Shown here in pieces: positions 9,723 to 20,317 of a DNA stretch of 64,000 nucleotides. A program made the position numbers and the translations under genes. Source of the stretch: Pseudomonadota bacterium (GTDB lineage Bacteria > Bdellovibrionota_B > Oligoflexia > Silvanigrellales > Silvanigrellaceae); assembly GCA_039799905.1 (NCBI GenBank), contig JBDLRP010000030.1, positions 19,577 to 83,576 on the forward strand. The letters run 5' to 3'. The first letter of the stretch is position 1. Every line of letters begins with the position of its first letter. The notes under the pieces are model-generated. The model saw only the letters and a list, made by a program, of their open reading frames with translations, did not search any database and had not been told where the DNA came from.

Positions 9723-10759
9723 GCAGTCACCCCCCAGTATTTCGCGCTCGCGTCGATGAAATCCGCCAGACGGGACAATCGCTGTGGCAATCGTTGCTGC
9801 GAAAGTTCCTCATTCAGAATTCTGAAAAAATATTTCATTGTGGAATTTTTTCCATTGGCTCCCTGCAAACTGAGCGAATTGTAATTCTCTGCTGTTGCAC
9901 GCACGGTTGAATGCAAATTTTCGAGCAAGGATTCCCTGCTGATACCAAGACCTTTCCACAGAAGCGCAAAGTCTTCTGCCAGCAAATCAAGCGTTTCGCC
10001 GCTGAGCTTTTCAAACACAGTCTTGTTGGGTTGCATATGCGGACCTATGACAGCTGCAAGAATAAAGTTTGTGAAGAATTTTTCCCGCTCGAGTTTATGC
10101 GCGCTGTCGACCCTTTGCCATTGCAAAAATCCGACGCTCCGCAATGGTTCTTCCGGCAGTCCGTCCGCTGCCGATCGTGCACGGCCCATCCAGCGGTCTG
10201 TCAGCTCGGCGCAACGGTGATCTTGCATGCTCAGCGGGGACCAGCGGACAAGCGCACCCCCTTTCCAGAACACACGACTCTGATTCTCACAAAGCTCACG
10301 GAATGCGCCGACCATAAAAACCGCTCTCAAGAATGAAAAATGACGCAACTCCACCTGCACGTTTTGCTGTGTCACGGCACTCAGCAGTCCATTGTTGCAA
10401 AAGACAAATTGCAACGAAGTCTGCTTTGTCGCCCGCGCAGCGGCGAGCCACTCCAAAAAAACCGCCTCACTGGCTTCCGGCGGAACACAAAAGAAGACCA
10501 CTTTGATTGAGGGCGGCAGTTTCTGCAGACACTCTTGCGCATTTGCGTTGAGAAAGTTCACTTGGCATTTGCGCTGCGAACCATTGGATTCCTGAACGAT
10601 GATAATTTCGGAGGGCAGCGGACTGCGGTTCACAAGCAACACCTGTCCACCATGAGAAGCGACAGCCTCCGATCTTTGCAACGCATCTGCCAGCAGCACT
10701 CCCAAAGCGCCACCGCCCACAACAAGGCAATGCGTTGTCACCAACCTGGACTCATTCAT
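9719..10759 (-). CDS. Ketopantoate reductase (PanE/ApbA)-like protein
   Basis: VVGGGALG Rossmann motif, CNNGL, EKFFTN, ENYNSLSLQ; start uncertain (10759 or 10819). Confidence 0.6.
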   Translation of the reverse strand: MNESRLVTTHCLVVGGGALGVLLADALQRSEAVASHGGQVLLVNRSPLPSEIIIVQESNGSQRKCQVNFLNANAQECLQKLPPSIKVVFFCVPPEASEAVFLEWLAAARATKQTSLQFVFCNNGLLSAVTQQNVQVELRHFSFLRAVFMVGAFRELCENQSRVFWKGGALVRWSPLSMQDHRCAELTDRWMGRARSAADGLPEEPLRSVGFLQWQRVDSAHKLEREKFFTNFILAAVIGPHMQPNKTVFEKLSGETLDLLAEDFALLWKGLGISRESLLENLHSTVRATAENYNSLSLQGANGKNSTMKYFFRILNEELSQQRLPQRLSRLADFIDASAKYWGVTA

Positions 10760-10785
10760 CACTCTGACACCCTGCTGCAAAAAAC

Positions 10786-10812
10786 TCAGGCTTTTGAACA
10801 AAGCTCCGATAC
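10786..10812 (+). promoter_or_regulatory. Sigma28-like promoter candidate
   Basis: TCAG-N15-TCCGATAC, 36 nt before the 10849 start. Confidence 0.45.
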
Positions 10813-10848
10813 CCCTCACAGGGTATCATAAGTTTAGAGGAGCCACTC

Positions 10849-12105
10849 ATGAAACCCGCAAAATCTCACGCCAATTTGTTGCTTGTCGGCGATGACGGCG
10901 AGCGTGTTCAATTGATGGCCGAGGCACTGGCCCACGTCTTTCCAGAGGCTACGCTCAGGCGTTGCAGCACCCTGCGCGTCAATTCTCCGGAGGCGTCTCT
11001 GAGGGGTGTCAGCGCGCTGATTTTAATTTGGGATAACAATCCATTACAGGACTGGAAGACACTCCTCCAGCAGGCGTCGCCCACCCACCGGAGTTGCGAG
11101 GGAATCATCTGCGACGTGGCAACACAGTTTGGCGATCCGCTTTTGCGACGGACTGCCATTGTTGCAAAGGGACTTTCACGCGAAGAGGTCACATTTCTTG
11201 GCGAGTTCAACGTTTCTTGCGTGCAGCCGCTGATGGGGCAGAAGTCGGAGTGGGCCCAGCAATGCCAAAAGTTTGCCAGCCGTATCGAACGGCTGATTTC
11301 GACAGAAGACGACGATGGCGGGAACGCAGCTGAACGAAGTGTGCGGCGCTTTGAACGCGCTCTAAATTCATGGCAACTGTGCGCTGACCAAGAAAAAATG
11401 CAGGTATCGGACGAGCTGCTGCGCAATCTCGGTGACACTGCGCGCTACTGTGAGCTGATGGCGCGCAGATCGCAACTTGAAAATGATTTGCAGGCTGCCG
11501 AACATTGGCTGCGCCGCGCTATCGATAAAAACCCGAATTATTTGCGTGCACTTCAGACATTGGCCGACCTTCACGTGGAGCGCGGTCAGTTAAGGGAAGC
11601 GCTTGCACTGTATGAAAAACTCCGCATGAACAACCCGCGCCACCCGATCCGTCTCGCAAAAATCGCCGAATGCCATCTGGCACTTGGTGAAATCGAACGC
11701 GCCGACAGGGCGTTTTCCCGCGCATTGAGCATTGATGAACATTCCATGCAGGCACGCGAAGACCTTGCAAGAGTGAAACTGGCAATGGGTGACTACGAGG
11801 CCGCCAAACTTCTGCTCGAACACTGTGGCGACGTTTCAAAGGTTGCTTCTTATTTGAATGCCTACGGAATTCAACTGGTTAAGGCTGGACGATACGAGGA
11901 ATCCATCGAGCATTACAAGAAAGCACAAATGGTTTTGCCCACTAACACGAACAGACATCAAATTCTCTTTAACATCGGCCTAGCTTATGCCAAATGGGGA
12001 AAGTACAGCGAGGCGCGGCAATATGCCCAGCTTGCGCTTGCGCGGGACCCCAGTTACACGAAGGCGGCCCAGCTCCTCCGCACCGTGGAGGACAGACTGC
12101 CGTAG
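10849..12105 (+). CDS. TPR protein with degenerate receiver-like N-terminus
   Basis: LLLVGDD start; several TPRs (AEHWLRRAIDKNPNY; FNIGLAYAKWGKYSEA...DPSY); GAGGAG RBS. Confidence 0.75.
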   Translation: MKPAKSHANLLLVGDDGERVQLMAEALAHVFPEATLRRCSTLRVNSPEASLRGVSALILIWDNNPLQDWKTLLQQASPTHRSCEGIICDVATQFGDPLLRRTAIVAKGLSREEVTFLGEFNVSCVQPLMGQKSEWAQQCQKFASRIERLISTEDDDGGNAAERSVRRFERALNSWQLCADQEKMQVSDELLRNLGDTARYCELMARRSQLENDLQAAEHWLRRAIDKNPNYLRALQTLADLHVERGQLREALALYEKLRMNNPRHPIRLAKIAECHLALGEIERADRAFSRALSIDEHSMQAREDLARVKLAMGDYEAAKLLLEHCGDVSKVASYLNAYGIQLVKAGRYEESIEHYKKAQMVLPTNTNRHQILFNIGLAYAKWGKYSEARQYAQLALARDPSYTKAAQLLRTVEDRLP

Positions 12106-12115
12106 AAAGGCCTCC

Positions 12116-13063
12116 ATGACTCACCCTATCTGCTACGAGTTGCGCATCCACATCGACGACAAACACAAAGATGCGCTCGTAGAGGCTCTGCATGAATTCG
12201 ACGAACACAATTTTGTCGAGGGCGCGCTCGACTGCGATGTTGAGTTTGAATACGACTATGAGCATCTGAGCCGCGATTATTATGGTGAACTTGTCCGTCA
12301 GGTACCGGTGATTCTCTACAGCGAAGACCTGCCACATCTGCAAGCCCTGAAGGACAACCTGTTGGCCGAAATGAAATCAAGGGCCATTCCCCTGTCAGAA
12401 AAGCAAATCGTGCTGCAGCCGATCGCCGATCAAAACTGGCGCGAATCTTGGAAGGCCTCGTTTAAACCAATCGACATTTCCGGACGATTTGCCATTCTGC
12501 CGCCTTGGGAAAACCCTGCTGAATTTCCGCAAAAGCACAAAATCATCATCGATCCCGGCATGGCGTTTGGCACGGGTCAGCACGAGACGACGCGTTTGTG
12601 TCTTGAATTGCTGCTTGAGCAAAAGAGCGTCCCGGAAAAAGTATTGGACGTCGGCACTGGCTCGGGAATTCTTGCCATCGCCGCCTCGATGCTTGGCAGC
12701 AAATTCATCATCGGCAACGACATTGACGAAAACAGCGTCCACATTGCGCAGGTGAATGCTAAAGACAACGGCATTCACGATGCTCAATTTGTCTCGACGG
12801 CGATCGACGAAATCAGTGAAACCGACTTCGACCTTGTTTTTGCGAACATTCAATTGCGTCCCCTGACAAAGATTTTTGGCGATATCGTTGGACACACCCG
12901 CCTCGGCGGAACCATCATAGTGTCTGGAATTCTCACGACCGAGATCGACGACTTTCGTGCTCTGGCTGAGCGCAGCGGAAGCGTTGTAAATAAGGTTGTG
13001 ACTTTGGGACACTGGTCGGGGATTGTCTGTGAACGCCCGCTCGCCGAAAGCAAAAAAATCTGA
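12116..13063 (+). CDS. prmA: Ribosomal protein L11 methyltransferase
   Basis: NWRESWK, IDPGMAFGTGQHETT, VLDVGTGSGILAI, ANI, SGIL motifs. Confidence 0.95.
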   Translation: MTHPICYELRIHIDDKHKDALVEALHEFDEHNFVEGALDCDVEFEYDYEHLSRDYYGELVRQVPVILYSEDLPHLQALKDNLLAEMKSRAIPLSEKQIVLQPIADQNWRESWKASFKPIDISGRFAILPPWENPAEFPQKHKIIIDPGMAFGTGQHETTRLCLELLLEQKSVPEKVLDVGTGSGILAIAASMLGSKFIIGNDIDENSVHIAQVNAKDNGIHDAQFVSTAIDEISETDFDLVFANIQLRPLTKIFGDIVGHTRLGGTIIVSGILTTEIDDFRALAERSGSVVNKVVTLGHWSGIVCERPLAESKKI

Positions 13064-14264
13064 TGTCTTGATCGTCGGAGCGGGGCCACTCGGCTGGAGC
13101 TGTGCGCAACTGCTCGCCGCCCAGGGCATCAGCACTCTTATTGTGGACCCCAACATCTCCGACAACACACCATTATGGGCAACGCAGGGGCTGGGAATTT
13201 TTTGGCCTAGCCTGAATGATCCTCCGACGCGTGCAGTCGTCGCCCACGGCTTGGACATGGCCGTTTGGCTGCAGAACTTCTGCCGGCTCGGCTCAGAATC
13301 GTCTGGTGATTTTTTTCACAAAGCAGCACTGAGAAAAATACGTTGTGTGCGTCTCGGCTTGGCATCGCACGAGGTGAGAGAACTGAATCAGGCATACACT
13401 TTGAATCTTGGCCTCAAAGCCGCAGAAAGCTCCGCAGGAGCGCAGTTTTTTGAAGAATCTTTTCCGGCTTTTTTAGTTGACGAGACAAACACTCGTGATG
13501 CTTTTTCCATGCGCCGTTTAAAGGATCTGGGTCTTTGCAGAGAGCGTGTTGTCTCAATTACGGAAGGCAAAGACGGCTGCACAGTGTTGCTCGGCAACAA
13601 TCAGTCGCATGAGTGTGAAATCGTAATACTCGCCAACGGCTATCAGATTGCCGAACTCGTTCCTTGGGTGAATGAAATGCTTGTCCCGATGAGTGACGTT
13701 TACTCTGAGTGGTCGAGCAACCTTGCCTGTCCTGATCACTGCGAGCCACTCGCCGTCCGCACAGCCAGCGGACATGTTGCAGCATTGTTTATTCCGCAGG
13801 CGAGTGCGCAGGGGCACGGATATACATGGACTGTGCGTCTCACAGGACCACGCTTTTTGTTGCCATCTGCTGGTGCCGGAGTTGACTTGTCGGGAAATCC
13901 GGTGAGCGATTCGTTGAGCGAAAAAATTAATGAGTGGCTGCGAACATCATTTTTGCCCGTCATGACCCAAGTTTTGCAAACAAGTCATCCTGCAGAGGGC
14001 ATCAAACTCAAATTGAATCGCGCACGATTCGGCGTGGATTGCCTTCCCTGCGACGAACTGCCGATCTTGGGAGAACTGGGAAGCCAAGGCCGTATTCTTG
14101 CGTCGACCGGATGGCTGGGATGCGGATGGAGCGCATCGCTGCAGGCGGCAAGTGTGATGTGCGAACTGATTGAAAAGGGCTCTTCACCGCGACTTGCAGG
14201 ACTGCTGAAACCCAGCCGTTGGCGCAGCGGGATGTCGGAAGATGGCGTCACCGGCATGACTTGA
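13023..14264 (+). CDS. FAD-dependent oxidoreductase (DAO/glycine oxidase-like)
   Basis: DVLIVGAGPLG, ILANG, DELPILG, TGWLGCGW; start approximate. Confidence 0.75.
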   Translation: MSVNARSPKAKKSDVLIVGAGPLGWSCAQLLAAQGISTLIVDPNISDNTPLWATQGLGIFWPSLNDPPTRAVVAHGLDMAVWLQNFCRLGSESSGDFFHKAALRKIRCVRLGLASHEVRELNQAYTLNLGLKAAESSAGAQFFEESFPAFLVDETNTRDAFSMRRLKDLGLCRERVVSITEGKDGCTVLLGNNQSHECEIVILANGYQIAELVPWVNEMLVPMSDVYSEWSSNLACPDHCEPLAVRTASGHVAALFIPQASAQGHGYTWTVRLTGPRFLLPSAGAGVDLSGNPVSDSLSEKINEWLRTSFLPVMTQVLQTSHPAEGIKLKLNRARFGVDCLPCDELPILGELGSQGRILASTGWLGCGWSASLQAASVMCELIEKGSSPRLAGLLKPSRWRSGMSEDGVTGMT

Positions 14265-14319
14265 ACATGCGACCTGTTGTTTAGGAAACAACCGCTCTAT
14301 CCAGCTGAGCTACGGCGAC
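14243..14319 (-). tRNA. tRNA-Arg(CCT)
   Basis: Reverse complement GTCGCCGTAGCTCAGCTGGATAGAGC-GGTTGT-TTCCTAA-ACAAC...GTTCAAGTC...GGTGACGCCA; CCA encoded. Confidence 0.95.
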
Positions 14320-14382
14320 TGCCTGGGTGTGTTTAACGCAAAACACGTCACTCATGCAAACAGCAGAGCCAATCATGCCGCT

Positions 14383-15555
14383 TCAGCGGCGGGCGGGACC
14401 CAGCAAGCCAACACCGCCCGCAGAAGTCCTCTGAATTCCACGATGAATCACTATTTTTTCGCCCTGCACTTTACCGCGGTCATAATGCTCGCCCAGAACA
14501 CGCCCACCTGACCGCACGGACGTGAGGCGTGGAAAACGTGACTTGACGAACTTGCGCAGGGCCGGATCGTTGAACTTCACCAGTGCTGTGGATGCCTCGG
14601 GGGTGTCCTGACAGCTTCCATCGACGTCTGAGCGGACTCCCGCCTGAGCTGCCTTTTGCACGCGTTCCGTTTCAAGATTTTCAAGTTTCTTGCGAAAACC
14701 GGCAACCACGCCCGACTGGAAGGACATTTTCGGAGCAGCTCCCTTCAGTGAGCGCAGACTGCGGTATGAGTTCCAAAGCGACTCCGACTGCTGCCTGAGG
14801 AATCCGTAAATATACTCTGCCATCAAAACATTCTGCTCGGAACCAAGTATTTCCATGGTCTTGTGGGTTTGATTTTCCTGCGCGTCATAGAGATCCGAAA
14901 ACACTACATCGACGAAATAGTATCCGGTCAGGATTCCGGCAATCATCCGTTGGAGTCTGTCGACCTTCTGCTTTTTATGATTGACTATCAGCGAGACATA
15001 ACGATTTTTCTTCCGATTAATCAGCCTGTCGATATTGTATTTGTGAAATAATTCCTGAACGCGGGCCATCGCAAGAAAAGCCTCGTTCTCGTTTGTCGAC
15101 TCAGCCATTGCGAGCAGCTTTTCAACCTTACGCAGAATCGCCGCATCCTCCTCCGGAACTACGGAAGTTTCCTGCCACGTGCGCAGCGGCTCACCAAGAT
15201 CGAGACCCGAGCCGCGATATTCTTCCGGCACACCGAGCACATCACAGGCTCGATGAAATTCGGCCCCGTGCCCCGCATCTCCCGAAAAAAACTCTGTGAC
15301 AAGCTGATGCGCCATTTCGTGTTTGAGCACACCCAAAACATGTTGCCAGCTGTGTGTCATTATCAGGTTTTTGTTGATGACGATGGTACGCGTGAGCGGG
15401 TCCCACTGACCCCATTGACCGCTCATGTCTTTGATTTCAAAAAGCGGCTTGCGCAGGCTGAGTCGGTGCTGAAAACAGATGGCCTCAAATTCCGTATAAA
15501 GCTGCTTAAGCCACGCCTGTTCCAAGAATGCAAGAATTGGCTTCGATTTGCTCAT
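14383..15555 (-). CDS. SprT-like zinc metalloprotease with DUF2786-like region
   Basis: LKHEMAHQ...HGAEF (HExxH plus H); ILRKVEKLLAMAESTNENEA pattern. Confidence 0.85.
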   Translation of the reverse strand: MSKSKPILAFLEQAWLKQLYTEFEAICFQHRLSLRKPLFEIKDMSGQWGQWDPLTRTIVINKNLIMTHSWQHVLGVLKHEMAHQLVTEFFSGDAGHGAEFHRACDVLGVPEEYRGSGLDLGEPLRTWQETSVVPEEDAAILRKVEKLLAMAESTNENEAFLAMARVQELFHKYNIDRLINRKKNRYVSLIVNHKKQKVDRLQRMIAGILTGYYFVDVVFSDLYDAQENQTHKTMEILGSEQNVLMAEYIYGFLRQQSESLWNSYRSLRSLKGAAPKMSFQSGVVAGFRKKLENLETERVQKAAQAGVRSDVDGSCQDTPEASTALVKFNDPALRKFVKSRFPRLTSVRSGGRVLGEHYDRGKVQGEKIVIHRGIQRTSAGGVGLLGPARR

Positions 15556-15655
15556 ACCCCAAAATTCCCTGTCGTGAGGCTCTTTTTTCTACTTTTCCAA
15601 AGATAGCCCGCGCACCGAGGCCGGTGCAAGCAAGAAGCCACTTGGACGGAAATTG

Positions 15656-17929
15656 TTAAGCAGATTGAGACAGGTCAGACGCGGAAGCCGCTGTGGCCTG
15701 AGATATTTGCTCGGAATCGGGCGCGGACGAAGAGGCCAGTGAATCAGGGTTTCTGCGCACCATGATCAGGGTCATGTCATCGACCAGATCGGGGGCAGAA
15801 CGAAAACCATCTTTATTGTTGCGCAACTGCTGCACCAATAGCAATTCGGGAACGGTCACCGTGCCTGCCGTCACTTTGCGCTTGAGTTGTGCCGCCCAGC
15901 TCGAAACAGTGGCGCGCAGCGGAACGATACCGTCGGAGTAGAGCACAACAAGCTCATCACCATTGAGACGCTCTGTCTTTGCGCTCCATGTGGTTTCCAC
16001 AAGAATATCCGAGCCCAATCTTTCGCCTTGCGTCGTGAAATAACGGAAGGACTTCGGCCCGATACAAAAAATACCCGGATGTCCGGCCGAACAGAAGGTG
16101 AGCTCGCCGCTGCTGGGGTCAAAGAGCGCAAAGATAGCCGTGCAGTTTTCGTTTTCACGCAACGCTTTCAGACCCATATGTATTGAATGGGGAGCTCGCC
16201 GCAAGACCTCCTGTTTCGCCTCGGGAAGGACAGGAAAATCGCCGGAACGCAGCCCCTCGCACCACAATCCCCAGTGTGAACAGATGACGCTCGTCGCCAG
16301 AGATGAGCCAACACCATGGCCGGTGACATCCGCCACACACGCTGCAAGCAGCGTCCGCCCGTCTGCAAAATGCAGCTCGCGGATATCGAACCAATCGCCT
16401 GCAAGAGCCTCTGCCGGCAGATACGTTGCACGCCAAATCCATGAATCAGTTGTAGTTTTGAGCTTCGGCAGCATGCGAGCCTGAACCTCGCGACCGACGG
16501 CGAGTTCCTGTTCAATCAGCGCCTTCGTTGCCATTTCCCGACCGAAGGTCAACATTTTCTTTGCGGTCGAACCGACTTCAAGCAGTGCGGCCGTCATCAA
16601 TGAAGGCATCAGCACCATGATCTTCCAATCTAGCGGCGATTTGAGGCTGGCATCTTTGGTCATGATGCCGATCAAATCTTTAACATTGACCCATCCATGA
16701 ATACCGAACGCCGCAACCACGAGTGCAATTCGGGTCACCACCAAAGCCACGCTCAATCGGCTGTAGCTTTCTGGATTGCTCGCCTTTGACTCCGCTGTTG
16801 GCGGGTTCTTTATCCGTTCGTAAACACCATAAAAAAGTACGCAGAATGAGGCCGCAATCGAAAGTGAGTCACCCCACAGATCGCTCGTGGTCGAAAAACT
16901 CGGATCCACCTTGTCGCCGAGTGCGAAAAGTCCGCCCATGATGAGAACAAACATCCAGCGATGGGCGAGCTTGATGCGCCGGACATTGAGATCGACGATG
17001 GTTGCTGTGAATAGCACCAAAAATGCAAAACCGAATCCGCATGACATCTGATAAAGATAATGTTCCAGCGTACTGAGCTGAATGCCGCCGTCCGTTTTGA
17101 ATCCAAGGTAATCGTGCAGTGCGCGTGAGGCGCCATACAGTGCGAGATAAGACATCACCACCGAGTGGTCGAGTACGATGGCGATAGCCGCCAGCACGAC
17201 TGGAATACCGATCTGGAACTGGCGTGTGAGGTTCGCAGCTTCCTTCTGCATCCAAATCAAACCAGAATAATCGCGCACCTTTTCCGGACGGGAAAGCACG
17301 GCGGGCACATCGGCTGGACCAAAGAAAGTCAACGACTCGTAGGGTCTGAGACGCAATTCAATACGCCGCGTGCGGAGTAGCTCCTCGCGCGTGAAGCTGA
17401 ATGTGGTGTCGGCTGCAAATCCGAATTGTTTGACGAAACCCTCGGGTGTGCGGACGTAGGTGCCGCGGTGCACATTGCGCGGAAGAATGAGTACATATTG
17501 TGGCTTCTGGCTAATCCACTCAACATCTTTGTCGTCCAAATCAAAAATAACCTTGACCCAATTAGCCTTGCTTGGTTTGCCCAACGAATCTTTGAGGTCG
17601 GGAATGCGGGTCGAATTAGCGAGGAATGAACTCAGCTGGGCATCGAGTGCGGGTTCCGTAAAGCACTCTGAATCAAGCTTCTCCGGCTTGACGTCCTTTG
17701 GACTATTACAGTGGTAAAAGTGCACCGTAATGTTTTCAAGACTCAAAATCTGACCGGCGTCCTTGAGCGATTCTCTGGTAGCCGCGGCATCATTGCGCAC
17801 ACGTTGTTCGTTGAAGAGTCGGATGAACATCCAAAGACACAGACCCAACGCAAAATACAGCACCATTCTGAAAATGTGGTGCTGAACGCGGTTGCTGGGT
17901 TTGATTCTTTGCAGCAGGCCTGATGCCAT
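15656..17929 (-). CDS. Membrane sensor with PP2C/SpoIIE-type phosphatase domain
   Basis: Multiple TMs, then EVQARMLP, AGDWFD, ADVTGHGV, SAGHP, LYSDG, DDMT; AGGGGG RBS. Confidence 0.88.
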   Translation of the reverse strand: MASGLLQRIKPSNRVQHHIFRMVLYFALGLCLWMFIRLFNEQRVRNDAAATRESLKDAGQILSLENITVHFYHCNSPKDVKPEKLDSECFTEPALDAQLSSFLANSTRIPDLKDSLGKPSKANWVKVIFDLDDKDVEWISQKPQYVLILPRNVHRGTYVRTPEGFVKQFGFAADTTFSFTREELLRTRRIELRLRPYESLTFFGPADVPAVLSRPEKVRDYSGLIWMQKEAANLTRQFQIGIPVVLAAIAIVLDHSVVMSYLALYGASRALHDYLGFKTDGGIQLSTLEHYLYQMSCGFGFAFLVLFTATIVDLNVRRIKLAHRWMFVLIMGGLFALGDKVDPSFSTTSDLWGDSLSIAASFCVLFYGVYERIKNPPTAESKASNPESYSRLSVALVVTRIALVVAAFGIHGWVNVKDLIGIMTKDASLKSPLDWKIMVLMPSLMTAALLEVGSTAKKMLTFGREMATKALIEQELAVGREVQARMLPKLKTTTDSWIWRATYLPAEALAGDWFDIRELHFADGRTLLAACVADVTGHGVGSSLATSVICSHWGLWCEGLRSGDFPVLPEAKQEVLRRAPHSIHMGLKALRENENCTAIFALFDPSSGELTFCSAGHPGIFCIGPKSFRYFTTQGERLGSDILVETTWSAKTERLNGDELVVLYSDGIVPLRATVSSWAAQLKRKVTAGTVTVPELLLVQQLRNNKDGFRSAPDLVDDMTLIMVRRNPDSLASSSAPDSEQISQATAASASDLSQSA

Positions 17930-17947
17930 ACTACCCCCTTCGAAGTG

Positions 17948-17974
17948 GTATCGGCGGTTCACAGCTGCGGCCGA
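17948..17974 (-). promoter_or_regulatory. Sigma28-like promoter candidate
   Basis: Near-consensus -10 GCCGATAC; weak -35 (TCGG) at 15-nt spacing. Confidence 0.4.
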
Positions 17975-18040
17975 GGGAAAAAATTTCACGGTCCGACGTT
18001 TTTGACGAGACCGGAGAATTCAAATCCTGCCGGAAAAAAC

Positions 18041-18067
18041 AAAAAACCGCATCAAAAGATGCGGTTT
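18041..18067 (-). terminator. Intrinsic terminator downstream of HU gene
   Basis: aaaccgcatc/gatgcggttt hairpin followed by a T-run on the minus strand. Confidence 0.8.
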
Positions 18068-18104
18068 CCTTAACCGATTCATACCGGTAAATCAGAAAAA
18101 GTTA

Positions 18105-18458
18105 TTACTTCTTCTTCTTTTTGGCAGGAGCTGCCTTCTTAGTCGTGCGCGCGCCCTTCTTAGCGCCCGTCACTTGCTCCTTGAGAGACTTAGCTGCGCG
18201 GAACGCGATCTTTTTGGAAGCAGGAATGCGAATTTCTTCGCCAGTCTGAGGGTTGCGGCCCATGCGAGCTGCGCGTTCTTTAACTTGGAGAATACCGACT
18301 TTGTCGATGCGGAGTTTACGGCCAGAAGCAACTTCACCTTCAACAGTTGCGAGGAAGTCAGCGATCACTTCCTTTGTCACCTTCTTTGGAAGTTGGGTGA
18401 ATTTGTCAGCAACAGCTGCAACAAGTTGGCTCGTGGAGACAGTCGTATTCTTTGCCAT
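18105..18458 (-). CDS. hup: HU/IHF-family DNA-binding protein with Lys-rich tail
   Basis: ERAARMGRNPQTGEEIRIPASKKIAFRAAKSLK signature. Confidence 0.92.
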   Translation of the reverse strand: MAKNTTVSTSQLVAAVADKFTQLPKKVTKEVIADFLATVEGEVASGRKLRIDKVGILQVKERAARMGRNPQTGEEIRIPASKKIAFRAAKSLKEQVTGAKKGARTTKKAAPAKKKKK

Positions 18459-18613
18459 GAAGCGAATCCTTTCGTTAAACAAACACCTGACAGTTATTAC
18501 CGAGGGTCACTGACAACCCAAGCATTAATTCGGAATTTTACATATGCCTGCCACAAAATAAACAAGAGGCATTCAGCAAAGTCAAGTGCCCCTAACGAAA
18601 TTTGTGTTTTTAA

Positions 18614-19984
<1,371 letters not shown>

Positions 19985-20030
19985 TCTCCGCATTTGCGGC
20001 TGCGCGGCACTTGCCGGTGGGGAAGTTTGC

Positions 20031-20303
20031 ATGGACAAAACGTCCGGAAAAACCGATCTAAGCGAATATCAGAACGTTCTGAGCGCTTTTGTCGAGCTGC
20101 GCAGCCGAGGAATCACCGTGTCAGCACAAGACCTCGAGGTGCTGAAATCTTGGGCCGAGGACCAACTGCCGCCACCCCTGATCATACAGGCGATGGAGGC
20201 AATTTCTTTGGAAAATCAGCAAAATGGCAAGCGTTTCAGCAACTCGCTGAAAGCACTGGACCGCAGCATACGCCGTGCGGTACGTGATTCCCACGATTAC
20301 TGA
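20031..20303 (+). CDS. Small helical protein preceding the DnaC-like ATPase
   Basis: 90-aa ORF, same strand, 14 nt before the next gene; SAQDLEVLKSW...PLIIQAM pattern loosely like DnaD-type domains. Confidence 0.6.
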   Translation: MDKTSGKTDLSEYQNVLSAFVELRSRGITVSAQDLEVLKSWAEDQLPPPLIIQAMEAISLENQQNGKRFSNSLKALDRSIRRAVRDSHDY

Positions 20304-20317
20304 GGCTGCGCGTTGTC

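Noticed and set aside
12395..13258. 287-aa minus-strand ORF
   Set aside because: Antisense to prmA and the FAD oxidoreductase
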